The translations under genes and the position numbers were made by a program. From positions 1 through 27,845 of IMG/VR virus record IMGVR_UViG_3300032231_000021: a DNA stretch of 27,845 nucleotides. One strand, given 5' to 3'. A model generated the notes under the pieces. The model was not told the origin of the DNA. It saw nothing but the letters and a program-made list of their open reading frames with translations, and ran no database searches. Numbering within the stretch: position 1 is the stretch's first letter; each line of letters begins with the position of its first letter. This DNA is from a virus (lineage: Duplodnaviria; Caudoviricetes). Below are positions 7,111 through 14,388 of this stretch, one piece after another.

Positions 7111-7189
7111 GGAACAGATTGACTTCGACGAAATCTGGGCCGAAAAATTAAGGAATAAGTATGGCATCGCCAAGCCATTTGCTGATTGA
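6989..7189 (+). CDS. Small acidic protein overlapping the polymerase 3' end and exonuclease start
   Basis: SD GGAGG 6978-6982, GTG 6989; VQSDWDEEQLTLFEELVTSLGLDALW...; covers the otherwise empty 7111-7160 gap. The ORF track starts at 6950. Confidence 0.55.
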   Translation: MQSDWDEEQLTLFEELVTSLGLDALWTPSIPSDEPGPTPIEEQIDFDEIWAEKLRNKYGIAKPFAD

Positions 7190-8066
7190 TGGAGACATCC
7201 TTCTCTATCAGACCACCCAGTCTTGTCTCAATGAGGCGGACTGGGGGAACACCTATGTCACCTGTTGGATGGACCTCGGGGAACTCAAGTTCCTCATCAA
7301 CACCATCCTGAACCGCTGGATGGAGGAGCTCGATGCGACCAGTTACACGATCTGTCTTTCGGACTATGAACGGAACTTTAGGAAGGAACTTGATCATAGC
7401 TACAAGGAGCAGCGGGATGGATCAAAGAAACCCGTCGGCTACGCGCGGGCTTATGAGTGGATACAGGGAATACACCCGTGTCGAAAGGTGGAAACGCTGG
7501 AGGCAGACGATGTTATGGGCATCATGGCCACGAACGGAGAGACGGAAAACCCAATCGTGGTCAGCGACGACAAAGATCTGCGGCAAATCCCGGGACGACT
7601 TTACGTTCCACGTCGCAGGGAACTCCTTACCATCACGCCTGAAGATGGCTATCGGTACCACATGCACCAAACTCTGGTGGGCGATCGGGTCGATAACTAC
7701 CCGGGGTGCCCGGGGATCGGGGAAGTACGGGCTGCAAAGGCTCTCGACGATAAGCATGTGGAGGACCTCTGGCCTACCGTCGTGGGCTTATATACTAGAG
7801 CTAAACAGACTGCTGAAGACGCAGTGCATCAAGCGCGACTTGCAAAGATCCTTCAGCACACAGACTACGTAAAAAGAAAGGTAAAATTATGGGAGCCAAG
7901 TGTGAGTTCTGTGGTAGTCGAGACAAGGCGTGTTCCTCCTTCAGGGAGTACGCGCACTGCGACGAAGCCCTCTTCCACGCCAACATCGACTGGGACGAAG
8001 CCGTCGACTCCGAACTTCGATACTACCCCAATGAAGGCGGTCTCGAACCTGAGGTCAAGACGCTAG
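7161..8066 (+). CDS. T7 gp6-like 5'-3' exonuclease
   Basis: LLIDGDILLY, LEADDVMGI, SDDKDLRQIPG, GDRVDNYPGCPGIG (H3TH); SD TAAGGA. Confidence 0.93.
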   Translation: MASPSHLLIDGDILLYQTTQSCLNEADWGNTYVTCWMDLGELKFLINTILNRWMEELDATSYTICLSDYERNFRKELDHSYKEQRDGSKKPVGYARAYEWIQGIHPCRKVETLEADDVMGIMATNGETENPIVVSDDKDLRQIPGRLYVPRRRELLTITPEDGYRYHMHQTLVGDRVDNYPGCPGIGEVRAAKALDDKHVEDLWPTVVGLYTRAKQTAEDAVHQARLAKILQHTDYVKRKVKLWEPSVSSVVVETRRVPPSGSTRTATKPSSTPTSTGTKPSTPNFDTTPMKAVSNLRSRR

Positions 8067-8281
8067 GCCGAGCCGAGGATGTCATCAACATCCCGGAGCA
8101 CTACGCCAAGTGGAAGATCGAGCCTATCACCTTCGTCATGAAGAACGGCCTTCCGTTCGCTGAGGGGAACGTCATCAAGTACACCATGCGCCACCGGGAC
8201 AAGAACGGCCTGGAGGACATCAAGAAAGCCATTAAGTACTTGAAGTTCATAGCAGAAGCAGACTACGGGGTGGAGCTTTAG
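7889..8281 (+). CDS. DUF3310 / T7 gp1.7-like nucleotide kinase with N-terminal Cys cluster
   Basis: INIPEHY...IEPI...FAEGNVIKYTMRHRDKNGLEDIKKAIKYL; SD AAGGT 7878-7882. Confidence 0.85.
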   Translation: MGAKCEFCGSRDKACSSFREYAHCDEALFHANIDWDEAVDSELRYYPNEGGLEPEVKTLGRAEDVINIPEHYAKWKIEPITFVMKNGLPFAEGNVIKYTMRHRDKNGLEDIKKAIKYLKFIAEADYGVEL

Positions 8282-8293
8282 CTCCCCCTTTTT
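8267..8293 (+). terminator. Intrinsic terminator ending the replication module
   Basis: GGGGTGGAGC-TTTA-GCTCCCCC followed by TTTTT. Confidence 0.75.
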
Positions 8294-8316
8294 CTATTAG
8301 GGGCGCTTTAGGAAGG
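8294..8316 (+). promoter_or_regulatory. Possible phage-RNAP late promoter
   Basis: CTATTAGGGGCGCTTTAGGAAGG lies between the terminator and the first structural gene, where T7 has phi6.5. No convincing second copy in the window, so this is positional inference only. Confidence 0.25.
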
Positions 8317-8323
8317 ATACAGG

Positions 8324-8527
8324 ATGCAAATTCCTTACATCTCCAGGGAGTTACTAACCTTCCTGGAAGAAATTTATCCGTTGCGGATGCCCACTGTTGA
8401 CGAGACAGAACGAGAAATCTTCGTCCGAGTTGGTCATCGCGAGGTTATCCGCACTCTTAAGAAGTTCCATGATGAGCAAGTTGCGAACAGCATGGAAGGA
8501 AGGTTATACAAGAATGTGCATGTCTAA
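8324..8527 (+). CDS. T7 gp6.5-like small protein
   Basis: IPYISRELLTFLEEIYP...GHREVIRTL pattern and syntenic position. Confidence 0.7.
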   Translation: MQIPYISRELLTFLEEIYPLRMPTVDETEREIFVRVGHREVIRTLKKFHDEQVANSMEGRLYKNVHV

Positions 8528-8756
8528 ACCCAAGATGCCGAAGATGCCGACCCCGAAGGACCCGGTCCTGCCCGCGCAGCCTATTGCGCCGCAGAACCCT
8601 GCGTCTCTCCAGGTCGGCCGTAAGGACGAGGATGATGCAACCAGCAAGCTGAACGCCAACAAGGCCCGTAAGAAGCTCCGCATCAAGCGGACTGACTCGG
8701 TGTCTACGCAGGGCGGACAGAGCGTCGGTGGTGCCTCTGGCGTCCAGGTGAACTAA
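8514..8756 (+). CDS. T7 gp6.7-like virion/ejection protein
   Basis: Starts MCMSKPKMPKMP, Pro-rich, ends RKKLRIKR...GGASGVQVN; synteny. The ORF-track start at 8397 is probably too long. Confidence 0.75.
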   Translation: MCMSKPKMPKMPTPKDPVLPAQPIAPQNPASLQVGRKDEDDATSKLNANKARKKLRIKRTDSVSTQGGQSVGGASGVQVN

Positions 8757-8757
8757 C

Positions 8758-9645
8758 ATGTGTACCTCAAGTGGCCGCAAGGCGGCCTCCGAGGGGCTCA
8801 CCGCACAGCGTCGGGCTCCCGGTCGCATGGTAAGTAAATCCAAGTTCGTGGGCGGTCAAGCCGCTCTCTACAAACAAGTCAGTGTCAGCGGGGACTACAT
8901 GAAGGGCCTGTACAACCAGGCAACCCGCGCCAACGATCGCATGGGTGCCGAAGCCGGTGGGAGCACCATCGACGCCCGGGCCTACGGCGGTACATCGCGT
9001 GACACGGGCGGCGAAGCTAACAACACCGAGGTCAGTTTCTCCGGCACGCCCTCCCTAGGTGTCACCGGTGGTACCTATACGGGTGCCTCAGGGCGCAAGT
9101 ACAACATCAACCGCTCCTCGATAAGCAAGTACGGCTCTGGTGAGACCGGTGGCGACGTCCAGAGCATGACCACCACCTTCGGGGTCGGTAAGCGACAGCC
9201 TCAGGGTACCGTCATGGACAAGTCCGCGAACACCGCTGGTGCCCCCAAGCGTACGTTTGGTGTCAAGAATATGTCCAGTCCTGATGAAGATCCTGATCGG
9301 TACAAGAACTGGAACGTCGGTGCCGTCAAGGGCGGTGTTGACGTCGGCAAGACCGAAGAAGAAGCCCGGGCCACCTATAAGGACTTCGGGATGGACTTCG
9401 ACAAAGACGAGTATCGCGGTGCGTTCTACAAGACCGAGAAGGGCCTTGCGAACCAACAGCGTTCCAACGTCGCCGGTAAAGAAGGCGCTCGCCGCAAGGT
9501 CAACCGGATCCGCAACGCCAACAAGGGCGGGATCGGTGCAGACCGTGGAAACCGTCGCCTGAAGGGCAAGAAGCAGGGCAACCTGCGGATTAGCTCGGCC
9601 GGTGTACAAGGCGGTGGAACTGGCGGGGGCACGACCCTTAGCTAA
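8758..9645 (+). CDS. Extended gp7.3-like virion protein (G/S/T/K/R-rich, 295 aa)
   Basis: Immediately upstream of the portal, MC start, C-terminal KKQGNLRISSAGVQGGG motif. Confidence 0.65.
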   Translation: MCTSSGRKAASEGLTAQRRAPGRMVSKSKFVGGQAALYKQVSVSGDYMKGLYNQATRANDRMGAEAGGSTIDARAYGGTSRDTGGEANNTEVSFSGTPSLGVTGGTYTGASGRKYNINRSSISKYGSGETGGDVQSMTTTFGVGKRQPQGTVMDKSANTAGAPKRTFGVKNMSSPDEDPDRYKNWNVGAVKGGVDVGKTEEEARATYKDFGMDFDKDEYRGAFYKTEKGLANQQRSNVAGKEGARRKVNRIRNANKGGIGADRGNRRLKGKKQGNLRISSAGVQGGGTGGGTTLS

Positions 9646-11231
9646 TGGAAACCAAAGGCGTGGCTGAAGCCCGGTACGAAGCATTGATGCGCAATCGCGA
9701 GACAGTGCTAAAGCGTGCTAGGGAAGCCTCGGCCCTCACTATACCCAACGTGATCGTCCGCTCAGGACACACGGAGACGAGTGAGTTGCCGACGCCCTTC
9801 CAGTCTGTGGGTAGTCGCGGGGTTCGTAACCTCGCATCCAAGTTCCTGCTCTCCCTCTTCCCGCCCAACGTACCGTTCTTCAAGTACACGATCGACGACC
9901 TCGCGGTCGAAGAGATTGAACAAGAGGCCGGGTCAGAGGGTCGCGGTGAGATCGAGAAGGCGCTAGGTAAGCGCGAACGACTGGTCATGAAGGAGATCGA
10001 GTCGTCCTACTTCAGGACGGCAGCCTTTGAGGCTTTTAAGCATCTGATCATCTCGGGGAACGTCCTTATGTTCGTTCCTGAAGATGGGATGGCTCAGGTC
10101 TTTGGCTTGGATAAGTTCGTGGTCTCTAGGGACCCCTCGGGGACCGTCCTTGAGATCATTCTCAAGCAGTCATTTGCCCCGAGTACTTTGCCCCCCGAAG
10201 CGCAAGCATTGCTCGGTGGAGGGGGCACAAACATGGGTATGGATGCCCAGACAGTGAACCTGTACACTGGTATCCGTAGGACCCAGAAGGGAAAGTACGA
10301 AGTCATCCAAGAGGTTGGTGGCAAGATCATTCCCAATACCCGCAAGGTCTTCGACGAAGAGTCCTGCCCTTGGAAGGCCCTCCGGCTGACCAAGATTGAC
10401 GGCGAGGATTACGGTCGTGGCTACGTGGAGGATTACCTCGGTGATCTCATCTCCCTTGAGGGGCTGTCTCAGACGCTCCTGGAGGGCAGCGCAGTTGCTG
10501 CCAAAATCATTACCCTGGTCAACCCCAACGGGACGACCAACATCAAGGACATCGCCCAAGCCGAGAACGGCGCGGTGATTGCCGGATCTCCCGACGAGGT
10601 CGCCATGTTGCAGGCTGAGAAGCGTGCTGACATGAGCGTTGCTCAGACGCAGGTCCAGAACCTCACACAGAACCTGTCCTTTGCATTCCTCATGAACACT
10701 GCTATCCAACGGCAGGCGGAGCGGGTGACTGCACAGGAGATCAGGTTCATGGCGCAGGAACTTGAGTCGGCCCTAGGTGGCTTGTACTCACTCCTCGCTC
10801 AAGAGTTCCAGCTTCCGATGGTACGTATCTTCGAGAAGCGCATGGAAAAGAACCGCAAGGTCCCGCCCTTGCCGGATAACATCACGATGCCTACCGTGGT
10901 CACCGGGCTCGACGCCCTGGGCCGTGGTCAGGACCTCCAGAACCTCGATGCGTTCCTCATGGGACTCGGGGAGCTCATGGGGCCGGAGATCCAGAAGTAC
11001 CTCAACTTCCAGGAATACATCAACCGGCGTGGTGCGGCACTTGGTATTGATATGAACAATCTTATCAAGACGGACGAGGAGATTGCACAAGCGGAGCAAC
11101 AGGCCCAGATGATGGGTCTTGCCCAGAACATGGGACCGCAGGCCATCCAGGCCTTCGCCCAGATCCAGGGTAAGCAGATGGACGGTGATGCCAAGGTGGC
11201 TGCCGCCGCTGCGAAAGAAGAAAAAGGATAG
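9645..11231 (+). CDS. Portal (head-tail connector, T7 gp8-like)
   Basis: FQSVGSRGVRNLASK, GEDYGRGYVEDYLGDL, AERVTAQEIR, TGLDALGRGQD; 528 aa. Confidence 0.97.
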   Translation: METKGVAEARYEALMRNRETVLKRAREASALTIPNVIVRSGHTETSELPTPFQSVGSRGVRNLASKFLLSLFPPNVPFFKYTIDDLAVEEIEQEAGSEGRGEIEKALGKRERLVMKEIESSYFRTAAFEAFKHLIISGNVLMFVPEDGMAQVFGLDKFVVSRDPSGTVLEIILKQSFAPSTLPPEAQALLGGGGTNMGMDAQTVNLYTGIRRTQKGKYEVIQEVGGKIIPNTRKVFDEESCPWKALRLTKIDGEDYGRGYVEDYLGDLISLEGLSQTLLEGSAVAAKIITLVNPNGTTNIKDIAQAENGAVIAGSPDEVAMLQAEKRADMSVAQTQVQNLTQNLSFAFLMNTAIQRQAERVTAQEIRFMAQELESALGGLYSLLAQEFQLPMVRIFEKRMEKNRKVPPLPDNITMPTVVTGLDALGRGQDLQNLDAFLMGLGELMGPEIQKYLNFQEYINRRGAALGIDMNNLIKTDEEIAQAEQQAQMMGLAQNMGPQAIQAFAQIQGKQMDGDAKVAAAAAKEEKG

Positions 11232-11234
11232 TAC

Positions 11235-12038
11235 ATGTCAACCGAACGTGAGGCCATGCCCGAAGACGCCACACAGAGCATGATCAATTCTGTGAACTCG
11301 ACGGATAACGTGGACGAACCGAAGGAACCAAGCCGCCCCGAGTGGCTCCAGGAGAAATTTGAGTCTCCTGAGCAGCTCGCGAAGGCCTATGACGAACTAC
11401 AGCGCAAGCTGGGGCAATCCAAACAGCCCGCACCAGATCTGGACAAGCAGGAAACCCTGCAAGATCCAGCGGAGCAGACAGAACAACCCGACAGGTCACA
11501 GCAAGTAGACCAATCTGCTCCACTCCTTCCTGGTCTTGACAACGACACAGTCGAGTCAATCAGCGATTATGCGTGGGAGAACCAGTCACTGAGCGACGAT
11601 CATTACGAGACCCTGGCTAAAGCAGGATACTCTCGTGACATGGTCGACGCCTACATGGCCGGTCAGTTCACCATGGCCGAGCAGGGCCACAACCAGCTCA
11701 TGGAAGCCGGTGGCGGTGAAGGAAACGTACAGACGATGTTCCAGTGGGCTCAACAGAACCTCCCGGAACAACAGATCACAGCCTATGACGAGATGTTCGA
11801 TCGTGGCGGCCCGGAAGCCTTGATGGCCATGGAGAACCTCCGCGCGAAGTTCGACAACGCAGGCGGATCTAGCGCATGGCAAGGCGTGGTTGGAGCCAAC
11901 GCCCCGTCGCATGACACTTCGGTGTTCCAGAGTAACGCAGACGTGATCGAGGCTATGTCCGATCCCCGTTACCACACGAACCCGACGTATCAGCGGCAGG
12001 TCATCGAAAAACTAAATAGATCTAACGTCAAGATCTAA
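11235..12038 (+). CDS. Capsid scaffolding protein (gp9-like)
   Basis: RPEWLQEKFESPEQLAKAYDELQRKLG, acidic, C-terminal AMSDPRY...YQRQVIEKL. Confidence 0.92.
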   Translation: MSTEREAMPEDATQSMINSVNSTDNVDEPKEPSRPEWLQEKFESPEQLAKAYDELQRKLGQSKQPAPDLDKQETLQDPAEQTEQPDRSQQVDQSAPLLPGLDNDTVESISDYAWENQSLSDDHYETLAKAGYSRDMVDAYMAGQFTMAEQGHNQLMEAGGGEGNVQTMFQWAQQNLPEQQITAYDEMFDRGGPEALMAMENLRAKFDNAGGSSAWQGVVGANAPSHDTSVFQSNADVIEAMSDPRYHTNPTYQRQVIEKLNRSNVKI

Positions 12039-12043
12039 CCATT

Positions 12044-12108
12044 GCGGGTTTGCTCCTGGCCCGCTATAGGTCCCCCTGGGTTTTGCCTACCTCCTGCCCG
12101 GGGGGACC
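12044..12108 (+). ncRNA. Tandem hairpins with anti-Shine-Dalgarno loops (candidate sRNA or cis regulator)
   Basis: Stem GCGGGTT/GGCCCGC with loop TGCTCCT; 12-bp stem GGTCCCCCTGGG/CCCGGGGGGACC with loop TTTTGCCTACCTCCTG. Confidence 0.45.
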
Positions 12109-12125
12109 ACCTAATGGAGAGCGAC

Positions 12126-12758
12126 ATGACACCAACTTGGATGCCGATCGCCCAGACCTATGTCGGCACAGACGAAGTACGGGGTTCTAAACACAACCCT
12201 AAGATTGTAGAATGGTTCAAAGACGTAGGACACGGATGGGTCAAAGACGATGAAACTCCTTGGTGCGCTGCTTTCGTGGGCGCGGTCCTGGAGGAAGCCG
12301 GGTACACCTCTACCCGTGCCCTCAACGCGCGTTCTTATCTCACTTGGGGTCATAAAGCCAAAGACCCCAGCTACGGAGACATCGTCGTCTTCTGGCGAGG
12401 AAAGAAAGACGGATGGCAAGGACACGTAGCCTTCTTCGTAAAGGAGACTAAGGAATATGTGTGGGTTCTTGGGGGTAACCAATCCAACTCAGTCAACATC
12501 CAACGATACTCAAAGTCCAAAGTACTGGGCTACCGCAGGCCCGCGACTCTTAAAGCTTCACGCACAGTTACAGGTGCCGGTGGTGTGGTCGCAGGTGAAG
12601 CTATCAGGCAGACCGCCGAGCGGGTTGACGAGACACGGGACATCCTCCTAGGGTTTCCCAATGAGTACATCCAGTATATCGGTCTAGCCCTCATGGCCCT
12701 CAGTGTCGGACTTATCGTGTACGCACGTTACGACGACATCAAGAAGAAGGGCCGATAG
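12126..12758 (+). CDS. TIGR02594-family (NlpC/P60-CHAP-like) peptidoglycan hydrolase with C-terminal TM segment
   Basis: HNPKIVEW, DDETPWCAAFV (catalytic Cys), GHVAF (His), LGGNQSN; C-terminal IGLALMALSVGLIVYAR helix; GGAG 12116-12119 before ATG 12126. Confidence 0.88.
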   Translation: MTPTWMPIAQTYVGTDEVRGSKHNPKIVEWFKDVGHGWVKDDETPWCAAFVGAVLEEAGYTSTRALNARSYLTWGHKAKDPSYGDIVVFWRGKKDGWQGHVAFFVKETKEYVWVLGGNQSNSVNIQRYSKSKVLGYRRPATLKASRTVTGAGGVVAGEAIRQTAERVDETRDILLGFPNEYIQYIGLALMALSVGLIVYARYDDIKKKGR

Positions 12759-13334
12759 ATGAGCAGTTTCTCAGAAAAGTACATCCCAGACGAAGACGCC
12801 AACGGACTCTTCTTCTCTCACCTCACTCTGAACGGTGACGGGACCACCCGGGACATGAACGTAGACGGGTCGGTTACCCCTCAGTACTTCTACTGGGGTC
12901 CAGCCGCTGGTAAGGTGGGCGTTGTGTCCTCGTTCGCCTTCGAGATGACGGACGCGAAGAACTGGTCTCTGGCCGAGTTTGCCAACCTAGGGTCCGCCCT
13001 TACGAACGGCCTCGCGATCGAACTGTACGACACCGTACTTGACTCGGTCGTGGCCGACTTCACCGATGGCGAAGACATCAAGTCCAACCAAGAGTTCTAC
13101 CAGTACTTCTACGACGCATCCTACGATGACTGGGGCTCAGGCGACACTGAAGCCATGCTCCACGGCCATCTCAATCTGAACGTGACCATCGGCGCACCGC
13201 TCATCATCAAGGATGACTTAGTGCTGCGTGTCGGGGTGCTCGACAACCTGACCGCTGTAACCAAGCTGCACTTCAACATCTCCGGTTTCTATGGAGTTGG
13301 GCGGCCCGGTAAAAGCGGGACGAGGGCGTACTGA
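12759..13334 (+). CDS. Hypothetical acidic beta-rich protein, possibly virion-associated
   Basis: 191 aa, typical codon usage, abuts the lysin stop; MNVDGSVTPQYF segment and alternating beta-strand patterns. Confidence 0.75.
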   Translation: MSSFSEKYIPDEDANGLFFSHLTLNGDGTTRDMNVDGSVTPQYFYWGPAAGKVGVVSSFAFEMTDAKNWSLAEFANLGSALTNGLAIELYDTVLDSVVADFTDGEDIKSNQEFYQYFYDASYDDWGSGDTEAMLHGHLNLNVTIGAPLIIKDDLVLRVGVLDNLTAVTKLHFNISGFYGVGRPGKSGTRAY

Positions 13335-13744
13335 TGGAAGACCTACTTAACAAGATTGTAGGACAGATCGGCGACCTGATACCCTCATGGGTACCTTGGG
13401 TTGCCGGGGGTTCTACCGTAGGCCTGATCGTGCTGGCAGTGCTGGCACCTTCGGTCCTCCAGATCGCAGCCAACTGGCTCTCGGCCCTGTCGCCCATCCT
13501 ACGGGGTGTCGCCTCAGGGATCGTAGAGTTTGTTAAAGCTCTGTGGTCTGGATTTCTCGATATGACCGATAACGGTCGTAGCTTGCTGTTTGTGGGGGCT
13601 GTGGCCCTTGCAGCCTACCTATGGGGGTACACCCACGGGGCAGGCTCAAGGACGCTCCTACCCCCCTTGAACAGCGTTCGTGAGGCTATTGTGCCGCTAC
13701 CTACCCCTAGACCTTCCAATTGGAAGGACTGGCTGGGCAGCTGA
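13334..13744 (+). CDS. Membrane protein with two TM segments (holin-like candidate)
   Basis: Hydrophobic stretches VGLIVLAVLAPSVLQI and LLFVGAVALAAYLWGY; TGATG coupling at both ends. Confidence 0.7.
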   Translation: MEDLLNKIVGQIGDLIPSWVPWVAGGSTVGLIVLAVLAPSVLQIAANWLSALSPILRGVASGIVEFVKALWSGFLDMTDNGRSLLFVGAVALAAYLWGYTHGAGSRTLLPPLNSVREAIVPLPTPRPSNWKDWLGS

Positions 13745-14277
13745 TGCACATTAACCACAGATTGAAGCTGGTCTTCTGCCGAGTGCCTAAGACAGCTTCC
13801 ACTAGCTTTATGCGAGCCATCGGCCACTGGGATCTAACCCCCCAGGTGGCTGCCGGTAAGCATACCCACGCGATGTTCCGTGAGATGACAGACAAGTTCA
13901 TCGAGGAGTATCGTGACTACCGGTGGGTCGGGATGGTGAGGAACCCCCACGATTGGGTCCCCTCGCTCTACTCCTGGATCCACAACAACCACCCCAGGAT
14001 GAAGCAGACCGTATTCGGAAGCACCGAGGTCCCGCATAACTGGGTGGAGTTCCTACAGGCGCTGAAGGCAACCCCGATGGACTGGCTGTCTGACCCAAGG
14101 GTCCAGGACCGCATCGAGGTCTTCCGCATGGAGGACATCCCTTTGATTGAGGCGTCATTTGACATTAAGATGCCCCATCAGAACCGCACGGCCAAACCCC
14201 GTGAGTTCAACCCAACTCTTCACGAAGATGCTCTCGTTCAACAGATATTTCACAGAGAGTTATCTTTTTACAAATGA
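13744..14277 (+). CDS. PAPS-dependent sulfotransferase family protein
   Basis: 5'-PSB loop LVFCRVPKTASTSF, 3'-PB motif MVRNPHDWVPSLYS, later RMED and HQNRT motifs. Confidence 0.8.
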   Translation: MHINHRLKLVFCRVPKTASTSFMRAIGHWDLTPQVAAGKHTHAMFREMTDKFIEEYRDYRWVGMVRNPHDWVPSLYSWIHNNHPRMKQTVFGSTEVPHNWVEFLQALKATPMDWLSDPRVQDRIEVFRMEDIPLIEASFDIKMPHQNRTAKPREFNPTLHEDALVQQIFHRELSFYK

Positions 14278-14360
14278 ACCGACTGGATATTGAAGTGACC
14301 CAATGCGGGCTCCTACGGGACCACCGCCACGGACAATCCTTTCTAGTTCCGCATAGGTTC
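14276..14360 (+). promoter_or_regulatory. Structured leader upstream of the major capsid gene
   Basis: Nested pairings GAACC/GGTTC, GACTGGA/TCTAGTT, ATTG/CAAT and GCGG/CCGC, capped by TCC-TACG-GGA (cUACGg tetraloop). Confidence 0.5.
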
Positions 14361-14388
14361 TACCACAACCAATATAAGGATAAGGACA

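Noticed and set aside
10020-10257. T-rich codon patch in the portal gene as another nested ORF
   Set aside because: The +1 frame has an early stop, and the following ATG has no SD and no TM segment.
12058-12070. GCCCGCTATAGG as a second copy of the putative promoter GGGCGCTTTAGG (8301-8312)
   Set aside because: Only 9 of 12 bases match, and the sequence is already explained by hairpin stems.
12250-12651. +1-frame ORFs inside the lysin gene (12250-12429; 12457-12651 starting MCGF)
   Set aside because: SD spacing is poor or ambiguous, the products are featureless, and the whole gene is less C-biased, so there is no discrete patch.
13334-13744. Embedded o-spanin (Rz1-like) lipoprotein in the membrane protein gene
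   Set aside because: No start codon plus lipobox was found in the +1 frame of the 3' half, and the host protein lacks the long periplasmic coil of an i-spanin.
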